NCBI GenBank assembly: GCA_016748015.1
Contig: JAAOMT010000752.1
Span: 256,976-320,975 of the forward strand
Direction of reading: 5' to 3'
From: Geosiphon pyriformis uo1
Lineage: Eukaryota > Fungi > Glomeromycota
Length of the DNA: 64,000 nucleotides
A model generated the notes under the pieces. That model did not search any database. It worked only from the letters and a program-made list of their open reading frames with translations, and was not told the DNA's origin. The position numbers were made by a program, and so were the translations under genes. Positions 41,228 through 53,475 of this stretch are shown here, one piece after another (the stretch's first letter is position 1; each line of letters begins with the position of its first letter).

Positions 41228-42645
41228 ATGCTGAATAATTTGGATTTCGATAAGAAATCGCCACCAAAAATGTCAATGTATTTTTTATTTATAATTTTCA
41301 TTGGATTACTCCTTTACCTGATTCAATCTTCTACTACAAGAAATTGGCTACCAGAATCAAATTGGAAATCAACTGAGAATACAAAATTAAATGGAAAAAT
41401 TAACTTAGACTCAACAAAGGGAACAATAAATAGCCCAGTTCAAGTAAGTGACATGTTTTGGTCCAATATTTTTGAAGAGACCAATCACAGCAAAACAGAA
41501 ATAAGAGGGGAGGTTACGTTCTTCAAAAATTACAAATAAAAAAATTTCTTTCACTCAGCATTTATCGGAAAGGAATCGTTATTCATTTATCAGGTCTAAC
41601 CACCTCCCTGGTAAATACCTTTTAGAAAATGCAACTACATATCAATTTCTGGCCAGGATGGCGAAATACGCGAAGCAAAGTTTCAATCTAGTAGAAAGAA
41701 AGCATAGACTAGGAGACAGTGAGATTTTTAGTATGAAATTGAAAATTTTGTTTCAAGTTATCCAATTCAATTTCAATGTTTTTTAACTTGAAATTTGACC
41801 TTTAAGTGGGTGTTGAAACCAGAGAAGAGGAAGGGAAACAAATTATCACTGTATTCTTTAAAGCACCTAGTTTTTCCTATGAATGGTTAATGGGGCTTGA
41901 TAAAGAGACTCCCACACAAATATATGGGAAGATTCAATCGCGTAGGGTTAGTAGTATGCTTCTTGCAGTATTTAACAGGCACAAGTTGGCAATAATAAAA
42001 AAAATAGCGACACCAATGATAGTAAGGAAATTTGATTACGAATTTATTGGTCATGGTACAGCTGGAGGTATTTATTTTTTGTTGTTTTGTCTTACTTTAG
42101 TGTTGGCAAAGTACCAAAGTACAATTTATAAATTTTATACAATTATTTAAAGCTATTGCCACGTTCGCAGCAGTACAGTTTAGAGCGAAGTATGGAAAAT
42201 TAAAAGTTTCCCTCACAACTTTTGGCTCTCCACGAATAGGTAATGGATACTTTGCAGATTCTGTTGAAAGAGGAATTATTGTCTATCGTGTTACCCATTC
42301 AAACGATTGGTATCCACAATTCTTCGCAAATATGAGTCATATTCAACCAGAATATTGGATTCCAGGGGACGATGATTGTGATTGTCACAACACTGATAAT
42401 GTGAAAGTGTATGAGTGTTGGTCTGAAATCAGCGAAATTCGTGATAGAGTTGGTCATCCGGTTTGTAACTTTAATCAATAAATTAAAGTTTTTTTTTTTT
42501 TTTCAGCCAAAAAATGTAATACATGTATATTCCTTGAACCTTTTTTTAGGAATGTAATGCACAATTTTGGTTGGGGGATGCAAATTTAAATAAAAATGTG
42601 GTATATAATCGGGGTCCATACTTTGGTTATATAATGGAAAAGTGA
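41228..42645 (+). CDS. Secreted lipase class 3-fold protein, predicted inactive (elbow GHGTAG)
   Basis: Exons 41228-41442, 41559-41718, 41807-42067, 42153-42460 and 42550-42645. Signal-like MYFLFIIFIGLLLYLIQS; MAKYAKQS, FIGHGTAGAIATFAA, TTFGSPRIGN, YRVTHSNDWYPQF, HIQPEYWI, CDC, VYEC, ECN...NRGPYFGYIM. Confidence 0.8.
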
Positions 42646-42761
42646 AACCTTCTTTTGTTGCAGAGAAAATTTATTTCAATTTTTATTATTGAGTCAAATT
42701 TTAATTAAGAATTAGCCTGATTGATTATGAACCTAAAAATCTCCACATTTGATTTTATTTC

Positions 42762-42798
<37 letters not shown>

Positions 42799-43149
42799 CT
42801 AATAAATTAAACTAGCAAAATTCGAAAATTTTTAAAAAACAATAATTTTAAAAATTATTTCACTAAACGAAAATAATTAAGTTACGAAATTAGCAAATGG
42901 TTTCTGAACCCTAATTTTTTTTTCTAAAATGCAACATTATACATATATTTATGAAATATTACGTTCTCTTCTCCCAATATGATACACAAATAAAAATATT
43001 ATTCAACAAAAAAAACTTGATTAAAATGTTTAAGTTTTTGATTGGGTTTAAAGAAATTTCTATTTATTTTTCGATTAAGCTGTTTACAGTCTTATTCTCA
43101 CAAATACACAATACATCAAAAATAATTGATGCAACACATTGTATTGTAC

Positions 43150-43187
43150 AATTCAATTCAATTCAATTCAATTCAATTCAATTCAAT
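43150..43187. repeat. (AATTC)n pentanucleotide repeat
   Basis: Directly visible; explains the IQFNS repeat in ORF 42951. Confidence 0.9.
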
Positions 43188-44471
43188 TAAATTCGATTTT
43201 TATGAGGTATTTAATATTTCTCTCATGAATACAAATCAAGTGATTAATATATGGATTCATTTTTAATTTAAAATTATCTCTTGAATCAAATATATTCATT
43301 ATTTGTTAAAGATTAAAAAAATATTATATGCAAATATTCATATTAAACATATTTTATTTAAAATTAGAATACATTAAAAACTTGGTAATTATATCAAAAT
43401 ATTTTTGTGATTACTTGAAAATTAGCTATTTTTTTCAAAATATAAAAATTGTTAGTGTTGAAATAATTTTAAAGTTTTATCAAGCTTTTTAATTTTTTTT
43501 GAAATCTTTTAAAAGTGAATAAATAATTGATATTTAATTTTCCTTTGCATATGTGTCTTGTGAAAGTTTAATGAAACTTTAAATTCTTGATTTGATTGTC
43601 AAATGATGTATAATGTATTTTTTTAAAACTCTATTTTTTATGTCATTGTTAACATGGTTTTTTATTAAATTTATCAAAAAATTAGAAAGATTAAAATTCC
43701 AAGAATCAAGAAAATTAAGTTAATTTGGGAACTTAATTATTAAACTTTAAATTAATCAAATATTTTACAATTGGTGTTTGTTTGCATACGAATTTGCTTT
43801 CTGTTCCACAAGCATCATACGCCAAGGGACTTTTTTAATGAAAAATGGCAAATTAGTATCTTTGATCACGAAAAATACTTGCATTGTACTTCCAATTCTT
43901 TTATAAACCTCTATTTTGGATTTTTAATTCGATTAATCGCTCGTAAGTTTATATGAAATTAGATTCAGAATCTCTTGTTTCTTTCCAATATTCCCTGCAT
44001 TTTTTTCATATATATTTTCGTAACCTGTATACCTCAATCGGCTAAATTTAAGGGTTGTATTTCTAAAACTGTAATTCATTTCTTTTAGATTAAGAGTTTC
44101 TCCTTTTGGATAACATTTTTTTTTTGGTAAGGATTAATGTTTAGCAATTTGCGTGACTTACCAATTGCATTAACAGTAACATTCCTTTGATTAAAAGGTG
44201 AACCTCTCTATCAAGTATATTACCAAGAAAAAAGCATGATTCATCTTGGGTTACCTTTCGTTGATGCCTTCTGCGTAGAAACCTCTTTAGGGAAAACAAT
44301 TTAAGCGGGATAAATTTGTCATTCAGAGCACAAAATTCCTCCAAAAAACAACCTCGTGTAAAACTATAAAATCTCAATGCAGTGCTAAAGAGTTTTTCAA
44401 TTATTCCAAATTTTTAGCAATAATCAAGAAAAATTGGGTCTCATACCATCTAAAGCAACTCAATTCTAAAA

Positions 44472-46109
44472 ATGCGTTTTGATGAAATTTTTCGAAGCTA
44501 TCGTTCGAGTGAACCAACACAACTGGTCGTTTTTCGTGCATTTATAATGGTACTCTTTTTAGGCTTGATGCTGGGTTACCTTTCCATTTTGTTGATTGAT
44601 ATTAGCGGAGATAACCCAGTTCTGAAACAATCAACGCGGCTGGTTGATTCCTTGCCGATTCCAGGTAATTTTTACATTAGAATTTGGAGTTTATATTATT
44701 AAAAAGTCGCTAATGAAAAAGCATAATTTGGCAGATATGAACTTTCTATTAGATTACCCCTTCATACTTACTTGTGAATTTGTAATTTTAGGTAAGCAGC
44801 ACCATACTCTTCACTTTTTATTATTTGAATGTTTAACGAGTTTCAAATATTAATTTTCCTTTTTATTGAAAAAGATGGCAGTTCTGGAAATTCTTGTCAA
44901 GATTACATTAGTTACGATAATTCAAACGGTTATAGCGGAATGTTTGTTAATCCCGCAGGAAGTTTAAAAGCATACCCACCAACTCGAAAAGACCAAATTT
45001 ATGGCATCAGATTTGGGGTGACTGTTAATTCTCCTAAATTTGACCCAAATAGACCTGGAGTTTTGGTGTTTCAAGCATATGATGGAGGTATGTTCTTTGA
45101 CTGTCAAAGACTTCCCAGATTGTTATCTCGAATTCGAATCTAATTTTGATTTCTGTAAAAATAATTTGAAGAATTGAAAAATTCGATATCTTCATATAAA
45201 GACGATTCAGTTTATTTGTTATCTCTTATTGGGATGAATACATTTCCATTAGCTGTAGGTATTTTTGACTTTAACTCATTTTGATGTGGGGGGTTTTTTT
45301 TTGAATATACGCAGTAAATGTATTAATCAACTTTAATGGTGATAACAATTTTTTTAGTATCGTTTAGTAAGTATTAAAAATCAAAAGCTCGGATTTATAT
45401 GCATATATGCGTAAAAAAAAATCTTAATCGACTTTTGCGTTACTTCGTTGCCATATTAAGAATACAGCGGTTGAATTCACAAGGTCATTAAAAGAAATTA
45501 TCCAACCTAGTGCTCTAAATTCTTTGGGTATTCCGCCAAAACGCAAAACCGAGCCTTGGGTTAACACTGTACTTAGTAAGTTTTAAAGAATTCATGATTT
45601 CAACTAATGTGAATTGATCGGCATTATTAATGACTCACGATCAATGAATTAGTCACCTCGCCCTTATCAATAAATGATACATCGGCCTATGGAACGGTAA
45701 CTCTTCTTCCGCAGAGCTTTTTAGTCAAAGTTGAAACAGAGCAGAGGTAAGCTATCAAGCAAGCAAGCATATTTTCAGAAATTTGGGTAACTTTAAAGAT
45801 ATTTTGAATGGTTCTAATCCTGTTTTACGTGAAAACTTTGTTTTAATTTAATTGGACAGATCAAAAACTGTGAGCATTCTTTTTTAATTTCTTTCTGTAA
45901 TTGGTTAAATTTCTAGTCAATGAAATATTAGCTCACCAGGGATCATTTTGTAAAAATGGTTTTTTTTTCCTCTAAAAATCTAGGCTCTGAGTTCTTTTGC
46001 TTTGTTTGGTGGAGCATGGGGCATAGCAGCTGCAGTTTACACAGCGATCTTCGGTAGGTCATTTACAAATATTTACCAAATCAAAAAAAGTTTTTTTTTC
46101 TCGACTAAC

Positions 46110-46163
<54 letters not shown>

Positions 46164-46620
46164 GCACTTTAATTATACACAAATCAAAGGTACTGACTCC
46201 TTGCGTCCTTTTGGATGTGCACAAATATTTTGCTGCGTATTCGCTCGAAAATCATCGGCCCATCTTCGGAAAACATTTCCTATAATTCCACTCGTGAGTC
46301 AAACAAATTTTCCCTCCTCTCAAAATACTCCACAATCACAAGATCCAGCGTTTAGACATCTAGAAGCTAGATTTAATGCTTTGGAAATGTTTCTAAGCGA
46401 ATACATTGTCGATGATTCTCATTTAAAAAAATTACGAAAACTTGCCGCTAATGAAGAGAAATCAAATACAGACCAAGTACCAAATATTGTGGAACTCCCA
46501 TACCCTAATTCAGATTATTCAACGTCACCTTACTTGCCACCCCCGATGGAAACAAGTGAAAGTCCCCCACAACATATTTACCCTGTCAAACAAAATTATA
46601 ATATTTATCCCCCACAATGA
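44472..46620 (+). CDS. Two-transmembrane protein with large extracellular loop (424 aa, 10 exons); PAC/TMEM206- or DEG/ENaC-like architecture
   Basis: Exons 44472-44664, 44735-44791, 44875-45087, 45172-45254, 45358-45366, 45461-45575, 45653-45746, 45860-45869, 45984-46053 and 46190-46620 splice with GT-AG into one 1275-nt stop-free frame. TM1 VVFRAFIMVLFLGLMLGYLSILLI; TM2 ALSSFALFGGAWGIAAAVYTAIFG; C-terminal coiled coil (FRHLEARFNALEMFLSEY) and P/Y-rich tail. The gene model is well supported; the channel call is inference. Confidence 0.7.
46109..46162. repeat. (TAT)n microsatellite in the last intron of the two-TM gene
   Basis: Directly visible. Confidence 0.9.
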
Positions 46621-47009
46621 TATCTGATTTTATTATAAATGAACTTATTAATAAATACACTAATAAACGTCTAAAAGTAAAGAATTTTCTCACTGCTTAT
46701 TTAAATTTATTCCTTTAATAAATTACTAGGTTTAACAATGAAAGAAATAAAAATTTTGAGCAAATTCTCAAAAAAGTATATAGAATCATCAATTTAAAAA
46801 CGTATTTTGTTATTTTTTGGTTAAAAAAAAAAAACAATAACTTTCTCATATAATTTCAAGCAATAAATGATTTCAGCAGGATCTTATGTTCTTTTAATAA
46901 AATTGGAGATAATTTTTATTATTAGAATAGTTTTGGTTATTGCTCATCCTGAAAACAAGACTCGTCGTAGTCCTGAATAAATTTGTATTTTTTGGCATAT
47001 ATAATGAAT

Positions 47010-47070
47010 AAAGAAAGAAAGAAAAGAAACGAAAAGAAAAGAAAAGAAAAGAAAAGAAAAGAAGAGAAAG
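47010..47070. repeat. (AAAG)n/(AAAAG)n purine repeat
   Basis: Directly visible. Confidence 0.85.
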
Positions 47071-48053
47071 CGAATGTAATTTAATTGTCTTTTATCGTTT
47101 AAAGCTAAAATTGGATAACTGATAGTTCATTTGAAAAACTTATTAAATCTAGACGTTTAGAAATCTGTTTAATTAATGAAAAAAGATTTTTTAAATTCAC
47201 TCATAATAGTTTCTTGGATTAATTTGATATTTGGACTTAAAAATTTTTTGTTTTAGGAAAATGAAATTTTATAAAAAAACTATTTTCTCTTTGTCATTTA
47301 TAAGTAATTAAATCTGAATTTAATTTTATATTGATAAGTACAATTTCCATTTTCATATTTTTTTCAATAATAAAATTGGACAAACTTTGAGAAAAGTTTT
47401 TCTGTAGTAAAATCTTAAAATTTTTATTTATACAAATAGATGGTATTGAACCCAGGCATTAAAATTTTTATCTCAAGTTTGAAAACACTTTTGTGTCCTG
47501 GAATTGAACAACTTTACTTAACATTAATATAGTTTTAAAATATGTAGCTAATTTCTTGTTCAAAAAATTTTATTTAAAGGATTGAAAAACAATGTTTTTC
47601 TTTGAAAGTTTATTAAATTTGAGGTTATATTTCTTATGTTTTTAAAATTTTTAAGCGTTAAAAAATACTTTTCCTAAATGAGCTAGCTGTAGTAAAATAG
47701 ATCTCAAATTCAAATAACCACGGGTTTTACCGTTGAAAAAAATGAATACTAACCAATTAAATTGATGAACGGTCTTTCTCCATTGAAAACTCTGATCGTA
47801 AGAATAAATTCCCGTTTGATCGAGAAAATTTTATCAGGTTTGAGGCTGTACATACTAAAGAAAAATATACAAACAATTTATTTTCAAATAATTTTGTACT
47901 ATCCTAAATCCCTAATCCTATATCCGACCCAATAAACACAACAAAGGAAGAACTGATAAAGTACATGTAGCATGTAAATCACGGTTAAAATACCATTTCT
48001 ATCACTAAAAAAAATATTTTTATCGAAAATATATATTACCAAGATAAAAGATC

Positions 48054-49527
48054 ATGAAAATTTTTTGGATTAATATTATAAATAATAACTTTAAAGAAAA
48101 GGAATCATTCGAATTTTGTGCAAAATTTTTAATTAAAAAACTTGAAAATTTCCAATACCAATTCTCAAGATTTTTTTTAGTCCTTTTATTTTTTTATTTT
48201 TTAAAGTGCTTGACATTTCAATCCTTGAATATATCGTTTTCCCAAAAAAGATTTAAAGAACACGAATTTCCTGAAAACTTTAATACCTCTAATTCAACTA
48301 AATTTATCAATAGCCAAAAACATGATTCAATTTTAATGCAATCAAAATTTTTAAATTCAAATAAATCAACCAAAAGAACTACTCAAACCAAAATCCTAAT
48401 TCCTGAGGCCCACCCCATTTTACAGAAATTAGAGGATGCCGCTTATTATTCTTACATAGCCTATTGTTCCCGTAATGAAAAAAAGATGGATATAGAGAAC
48501 ATAACGTATGGTAAAAATTTAAAAAAAAATTTATTTCCAAAAAAATTTTTTAACTTTCATCTTTAATAATAAAACTTGCATTCATATTTGATATATATAT
48601 TAAGGGATATATTTATAAATAACAACGAAATTATTATAACCTTTCACACACCCTTTGATTTCCTCGAGGAAAATAAGGAAAGAAGATTAGTTCCTTTTCC
48701 TGATGGCGGACCGGATACCAAAGTTGATTTTTCGTTTTTCGAAACTTTCAAAAAAATTGAGACGAGCTTGTTTATCAGCATTTCAGAAGACTTGGATATC
48801 AATGTGAACATACAAAAAATTTTATTCACGGGACATGAAATTGGGGGTGGTAAGTAATATCCTAAAGAATTTATTTTATAAATTTTTAATATAAAAAATT
48901 GTTTTATCAGATTAATAATTTAATATCATATCATAATCGTAAAAATATATAAAATTTTGATTTTAGTTCTAGCAGTATTTTCAGCACTTGGATTTAAAAA
49001 ATTTCAATCCGGCTCAAATCCTATCAAATATCGACCGCAAATCAAAGTAGAAGTTGTTACATTTGGACAATTGCGTATAGGAAATTTTTATTTTGCGAAA
49101 TATGTTGAAAAAACTTTAACTCTTTTAGAAAAAAATTCTGAAAACGAATATTTGGTTTCAATACCGGCTTTATATCGGGTAACATATTCAAGTAATCTTA
49201 TCTCCCAATTCCCAATACAAAATGGAAAACTTGGCTATTTCCATCACTCAATTGAATATTGGATTGAAGGTGAAACAAATGATTGTAATTGTTTGTTTTA
49301 TCCTAGAGTTTATGAGTGCCATGGAGTTATGAAGCCGGCTGGATACTTGGATGAGCCTGAGGTATGCTATTTTCCCTAAAATTTTGATGAGCATTCATTT
49401 CATTCATAAAAATTAATATTTTTTTTCGCATTTATAGGATTGTAATAAGCATGCAATGTTAACCCAATACAAGCGTAAGAAGGAAAATGGTCCATATTTT
49501 GAATATATTATGGGTGAATGTATTTGA
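48054..49527 (+). CDS. Lipase class 3-fold protein, predicted inactive (elbow GHEIGG)
   Basis: Exons 48054-48505, 48605-48849, 48967-49361 and 49438-49527. Hydrophobic FFLVLLFFYFL; AAYYSYIAYC, ILFTGHEIGGVLAVFSAL, VTFGQLRIGN, YRVTYSSNLISQFP, YFHHSIEYWI, CNC, VYEC, DCN...ENGPYFEYIMGEC. Start codon uncertain. Confidence 0.8.
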
Positions 49528-51175
49528 TTAAAAGCAAGCAAATATTCTTTTAAAATTAAAATATTTTTTGAGCAAATACATTTCCTGCATTGGTTTTTCA
49601 ATTTAATTAATTAATCTAATGGAAATTTTATTATTTACATACATATTGGATGAACATTCACGAAATGTTTTTTTATACCACATAAATTGATTCTGAAACC
49701 AAATGTTTCTTTAACTTTGATTAAATTCATCAAATTTTGTTATTTTCTCAAGTTTTTATTGAGAAAATTCAGGGAAACCATGATGCAAAGGAGTTTTAGT
49801 TTATTTTGAAAATGTAATTTTATCAGGGGATTGAGAATTATGAATTCTCAAAGACAAGATTGACTGTTGAATGAGGAAAATTAAATATTATCATTTTTCA
49901 ACGTTGAAATTCAAATTTTTTTTTCATGGTTTTTTCACATGATGCTCTCTCATGTAAAGTAAAAAAAGAAGCTTTCCATTTAAATTATTTTGTTACGCCA
50001 CTCATTGTGTCATTATAAAAGAAAAGGTTTAAAATTTGAGCCATTTTTATAGGAAAGGCCCAATTTATTTCTCAGATTAAATTAAAGAGAGTTACACAAT
50101 TTTGAAAACTTTCGAATCCATTAATTTGCTTTTGAACAATAGTAGTATAAAAAATATTCGGTAAAAGGGAGATTTTTGGGAAAGTTTTAGTAATATTTCG
50201 TTCACTAGTTGTCGGATTGGTGGTTTTAAATGCGGATTTTCCCAAAGTAACTGGATTATTTATTCGATTATATCTTACAATGGAAAATTCAAAACACTTT
50301 AATTTTATATCAATAATTATCGTTATGTAATGATGATGTCCCCCCCCCCCCCAAATCAAAACTAGCATGAACCGGAGTTTTTGGTTTTCCATAATCACGT
50401 GATTTCCCTGAATATGAAATAATATACATCTATGGTTTTTTTTCACCCTCCTAGATCATTGAAACTGTTTTCGCTAGAAATTATTTCTTCGTATATAATT
50501 CGGTTTATTTTTCAAAAAGATTTTATAATGTGTTTTAATTGTTAAGGAAATTCATATTTTCTTTTCATCTAAGGCCAGATAATTTATTCATAAAAAGACT
50601 ACAATACCAAGATCATTTTTTCTGATGATTCGTGTATCAGGTTTTTAATTTGGATTTAAAAGAGGTGCTTAAAAATGAGAATTTAAATGCAATTATTATT
50701 TATAGTCTTAAATATGTTGCTCAGTAATCATCATATGATGAACCCTTATCGAAACTTGAGAGAATAAAATTATATTTCATTTGAATGCTGCAAAAAAGAG
50801 TTTCAATTTCTAAATTTTCAAAGTTCAACATATAAATGAAATAAATAAATGAAATAATTAGCATTATTAAAATTTTAAATATATTTTCTTTGCTCTGATT
50901 TAATTTGTACAAAAATATATTTTTACGTATTGTCATTTTAATCGGTTCTTTAGAAATATTCGTTGGCTAATGAGGAAATTTCTTCAAAATTTCATCTCAT
51001 TATTGGAATTGAAATGAATAGAATTGAGATTTTAATTTTAGAAAGCCATTAAATTTTTTTAGAAAAATCCCATTTTACTAAAGAAATACTTTGTGCTGGT
51101 TTAATAAACCGAAGATATATACTAAAGGAAGAAAGATTACTCCAACTTTTTATAGTGAATTACGAATAAAGTAAC

Positions 51176-51204
51176 TTTTGTTTTGTTTTGTTTTGTTTTG
51201 TTTT
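51176..51204. repeat. (TTTTG)n repeat just 3' of the TFIIS_M-like gene
   Basis: Directly visible. Confidence 0.85.
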
Positions 51205-51238
51205 ATCGATTTATAAAAAGTAAAAATTTATCAAGATT

Positions 51239-51533
51239 TTAATAGTATCCGATCAATTGTACTAATTCCTCCGGACTCACTTGCCTGTTTAAAACATATT
51301 TTAAAACCCTTCGGTAATGCTTTTCTTGAAGCATTCCAATAATCTTGCACATTTTATCCTTGTATTCATCCGTAACCTGTTGTCCCCAATCCTGAAAAAA
51401 TATAAATTCGATATGGGCTGATATTTTAAACGCTCTTTGGCTATCTTCTTTTAAAAAAAAAAAAAGGATGAATTTAAATGAAAAAATTTGTTGAAAATTT
51501 TTCGTTCGTTCATTCTTTCATTCATTCATTCAT

Positions 51534-51573
<40 letters not shown>

Positions 51574-51589
51574 TCATTCATTCATTCAT

Positions 51590-51625
<36 letters not shown>

Positions 51626-51645
51626 TCATTCTTTCATTCATTCAT

Positions 51646-51697
<52 letters not shown>

Positions 51698-51975
51698 TCA
51701 TTAATTCATTCTTTCTTGCTTGCTGAAAAAAAAATTCTGAAAAATTTTTTCGTACCTTCACTTGAATTTAACTCGTTTGCGTTTAATATCACGGTACTTA
51801 ATTCTTCGATGACTGCGTATTCCAGAAAAAATTATTAAGAATAAAAAGTGATTTTGATTTATTAATTAAAATTTATTCAGTTAAACTTAGCTCGAAACAA
51901 CGAGTGAACTGGATGAAAGGAGCCCCTACATTCGCCACGAATAGAGTCACCACTAGTTTCTTCGATTTTGCACAT
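51239..51975 (-). CDS. Small (103 aa) stand-alone TFIIS central (TFIIS_M / domain II)-like protein; not in the ORF track
   Basis: Exons 51975-51930, 51812-51756 and 51447-51239 (GT-AG, phases match) give MCKIEETSGDSIRGEFIEELSTVILNANELNSSEEDSQRAFKISAHIEFIFFQDWGQQVTDEYKDKMCKIIGMLQEKHYRRVLKYVLNRQVSPEELVQLIGYY*, matching the D-x-R...IE...Y-K-x-K...L...VL...VSPEELV pattern. Confidence 0.7.
51503..51720. repeat. Compound (TTCT)n/(TTCA)n microsatellite inside intron 2 of the TFIIS_M-like gene
   Basis: Directly visible; it explains the spurious FFLS-repeat ORFs 51478 and 51488. Confidence 0.95.
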
Positions 51976-53475
51976 TTTATTCGCGATTCGTTTTTTCCAA
52001 AATATTGGATCAAGCGAGTTCAGATCAGAAATTGGTAGTCAAACTGTTTGATACAAGTTTGAAATTTTAGAAATTTATAATACTGATTTTTGTACTCCCT
52101 GTTAAAAAAACTATAATTGCAATGTTACGTAAAAAAAAATGCTACATGGTCGTACAAGCGCTTTTATTAACGAAGAGATTCAATTATGTAACCTAATTCT
52201 GCTGTTACTACTACTAGCCTATTTGATTGATAATATTTACAATGATCGATAATGATCTTAAAAAAGTTGGGTTTCATTTTTTTTTTTTTTTTCAAGATGT
52301 TTTAATATTTTCTGAATTTTTTTATGGTTTTTATTCCTTATTGAGTTCACTTTTAAACAATAAATACAAAAAAAAAAGAGAGATGTACTGTATAACTTGA
52401 AATATAAATTTGTTTTTTTCACAATTTCAAATTTTAATTAGACTATATTTTTCATATCAATATTTGATCAAGAAATTCTGATTTAAAGGAAAATTTTCTA
52501 TATCTTTTAAAAAATATTAAATTCAAGTGTTCAATTTATAAAACAAAAACAATTTCAATTATCAAGAAAATGTTCTTTTCTGTTTTGAAAACATTATTCA
52601 CCAAAAAAATCTCATTAAAAATAATGTAAATGAAAATCTAAATAAAGAATTTCAAAAATGTTTTGTTTTTAAAACCATCCAGTATTTTCATCAAATTTGT
52701 TCATACAAAAAATTACATAATTTTTTGACTATAACTTTTTGAAAACCCATTTTTAAGATTTTTATTTACAAAAAGTAATTTAATTTGATATTTGTTTACA
52801 GTTAATTTTTAAACCATTTCAACAATATTTGACTCTAACCAATTTAAATGATTATTTAATATTCTACATCGAATCAAAATTTTAAAATAACATTAGTTTC
52901 TTTTTTTGTATCACAATTCAGCTTTAAACTTAATTTCACTAAAATATTTCCAAATTCAAAGGAGTCCAGTCAAACGAACTTGAGCTGATAATCGATTTAA
53001 TGTATATTTGTAATAAAAATAACTGCTTTTTTATAACCCGGTGTAAGATCTTATAAAAAAAATAGCCAATCACCTATGATTTAGTTTAAATTTTTTTTTA
53101 TGATGGAATTTTAGTTGGGTATTTTAAACGATATTAGAATGATGAGTTTTAAGGTTTTTTTAATACATCACCTTTTTTAACCACTGAGTTGCCCAAAAGT
53201 CTTATCTGCCAGCTTGCGGAATCCCTGTACTCACCGTCAAAAAGTTTATTGCCTTCTATGTAAAAAGGCCACGTTTTTACTAGGATCATCATAATTGTGC
53301 GACATTGGTTCTTGGACATCATTTTAAAAAACATGTGAGCGATTGAGATGCGGTTTCAAGCACTGTTAATAATTTTCCCCCCATCTTGTGAACACCCTTT
53401 TAAAAAAAGACCACTACAAAAAACTAAAATTTAGCTTTATTTTAAAATCAATAACAGGCTATTTACTCTTCAAAA

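Noticed and set aside
51478-51838. ORFs with FFLS/FIHS repeats
   Set aside because: Translations of a TTCT/TTCA microsatellite in an intron of a minus-strand gene.
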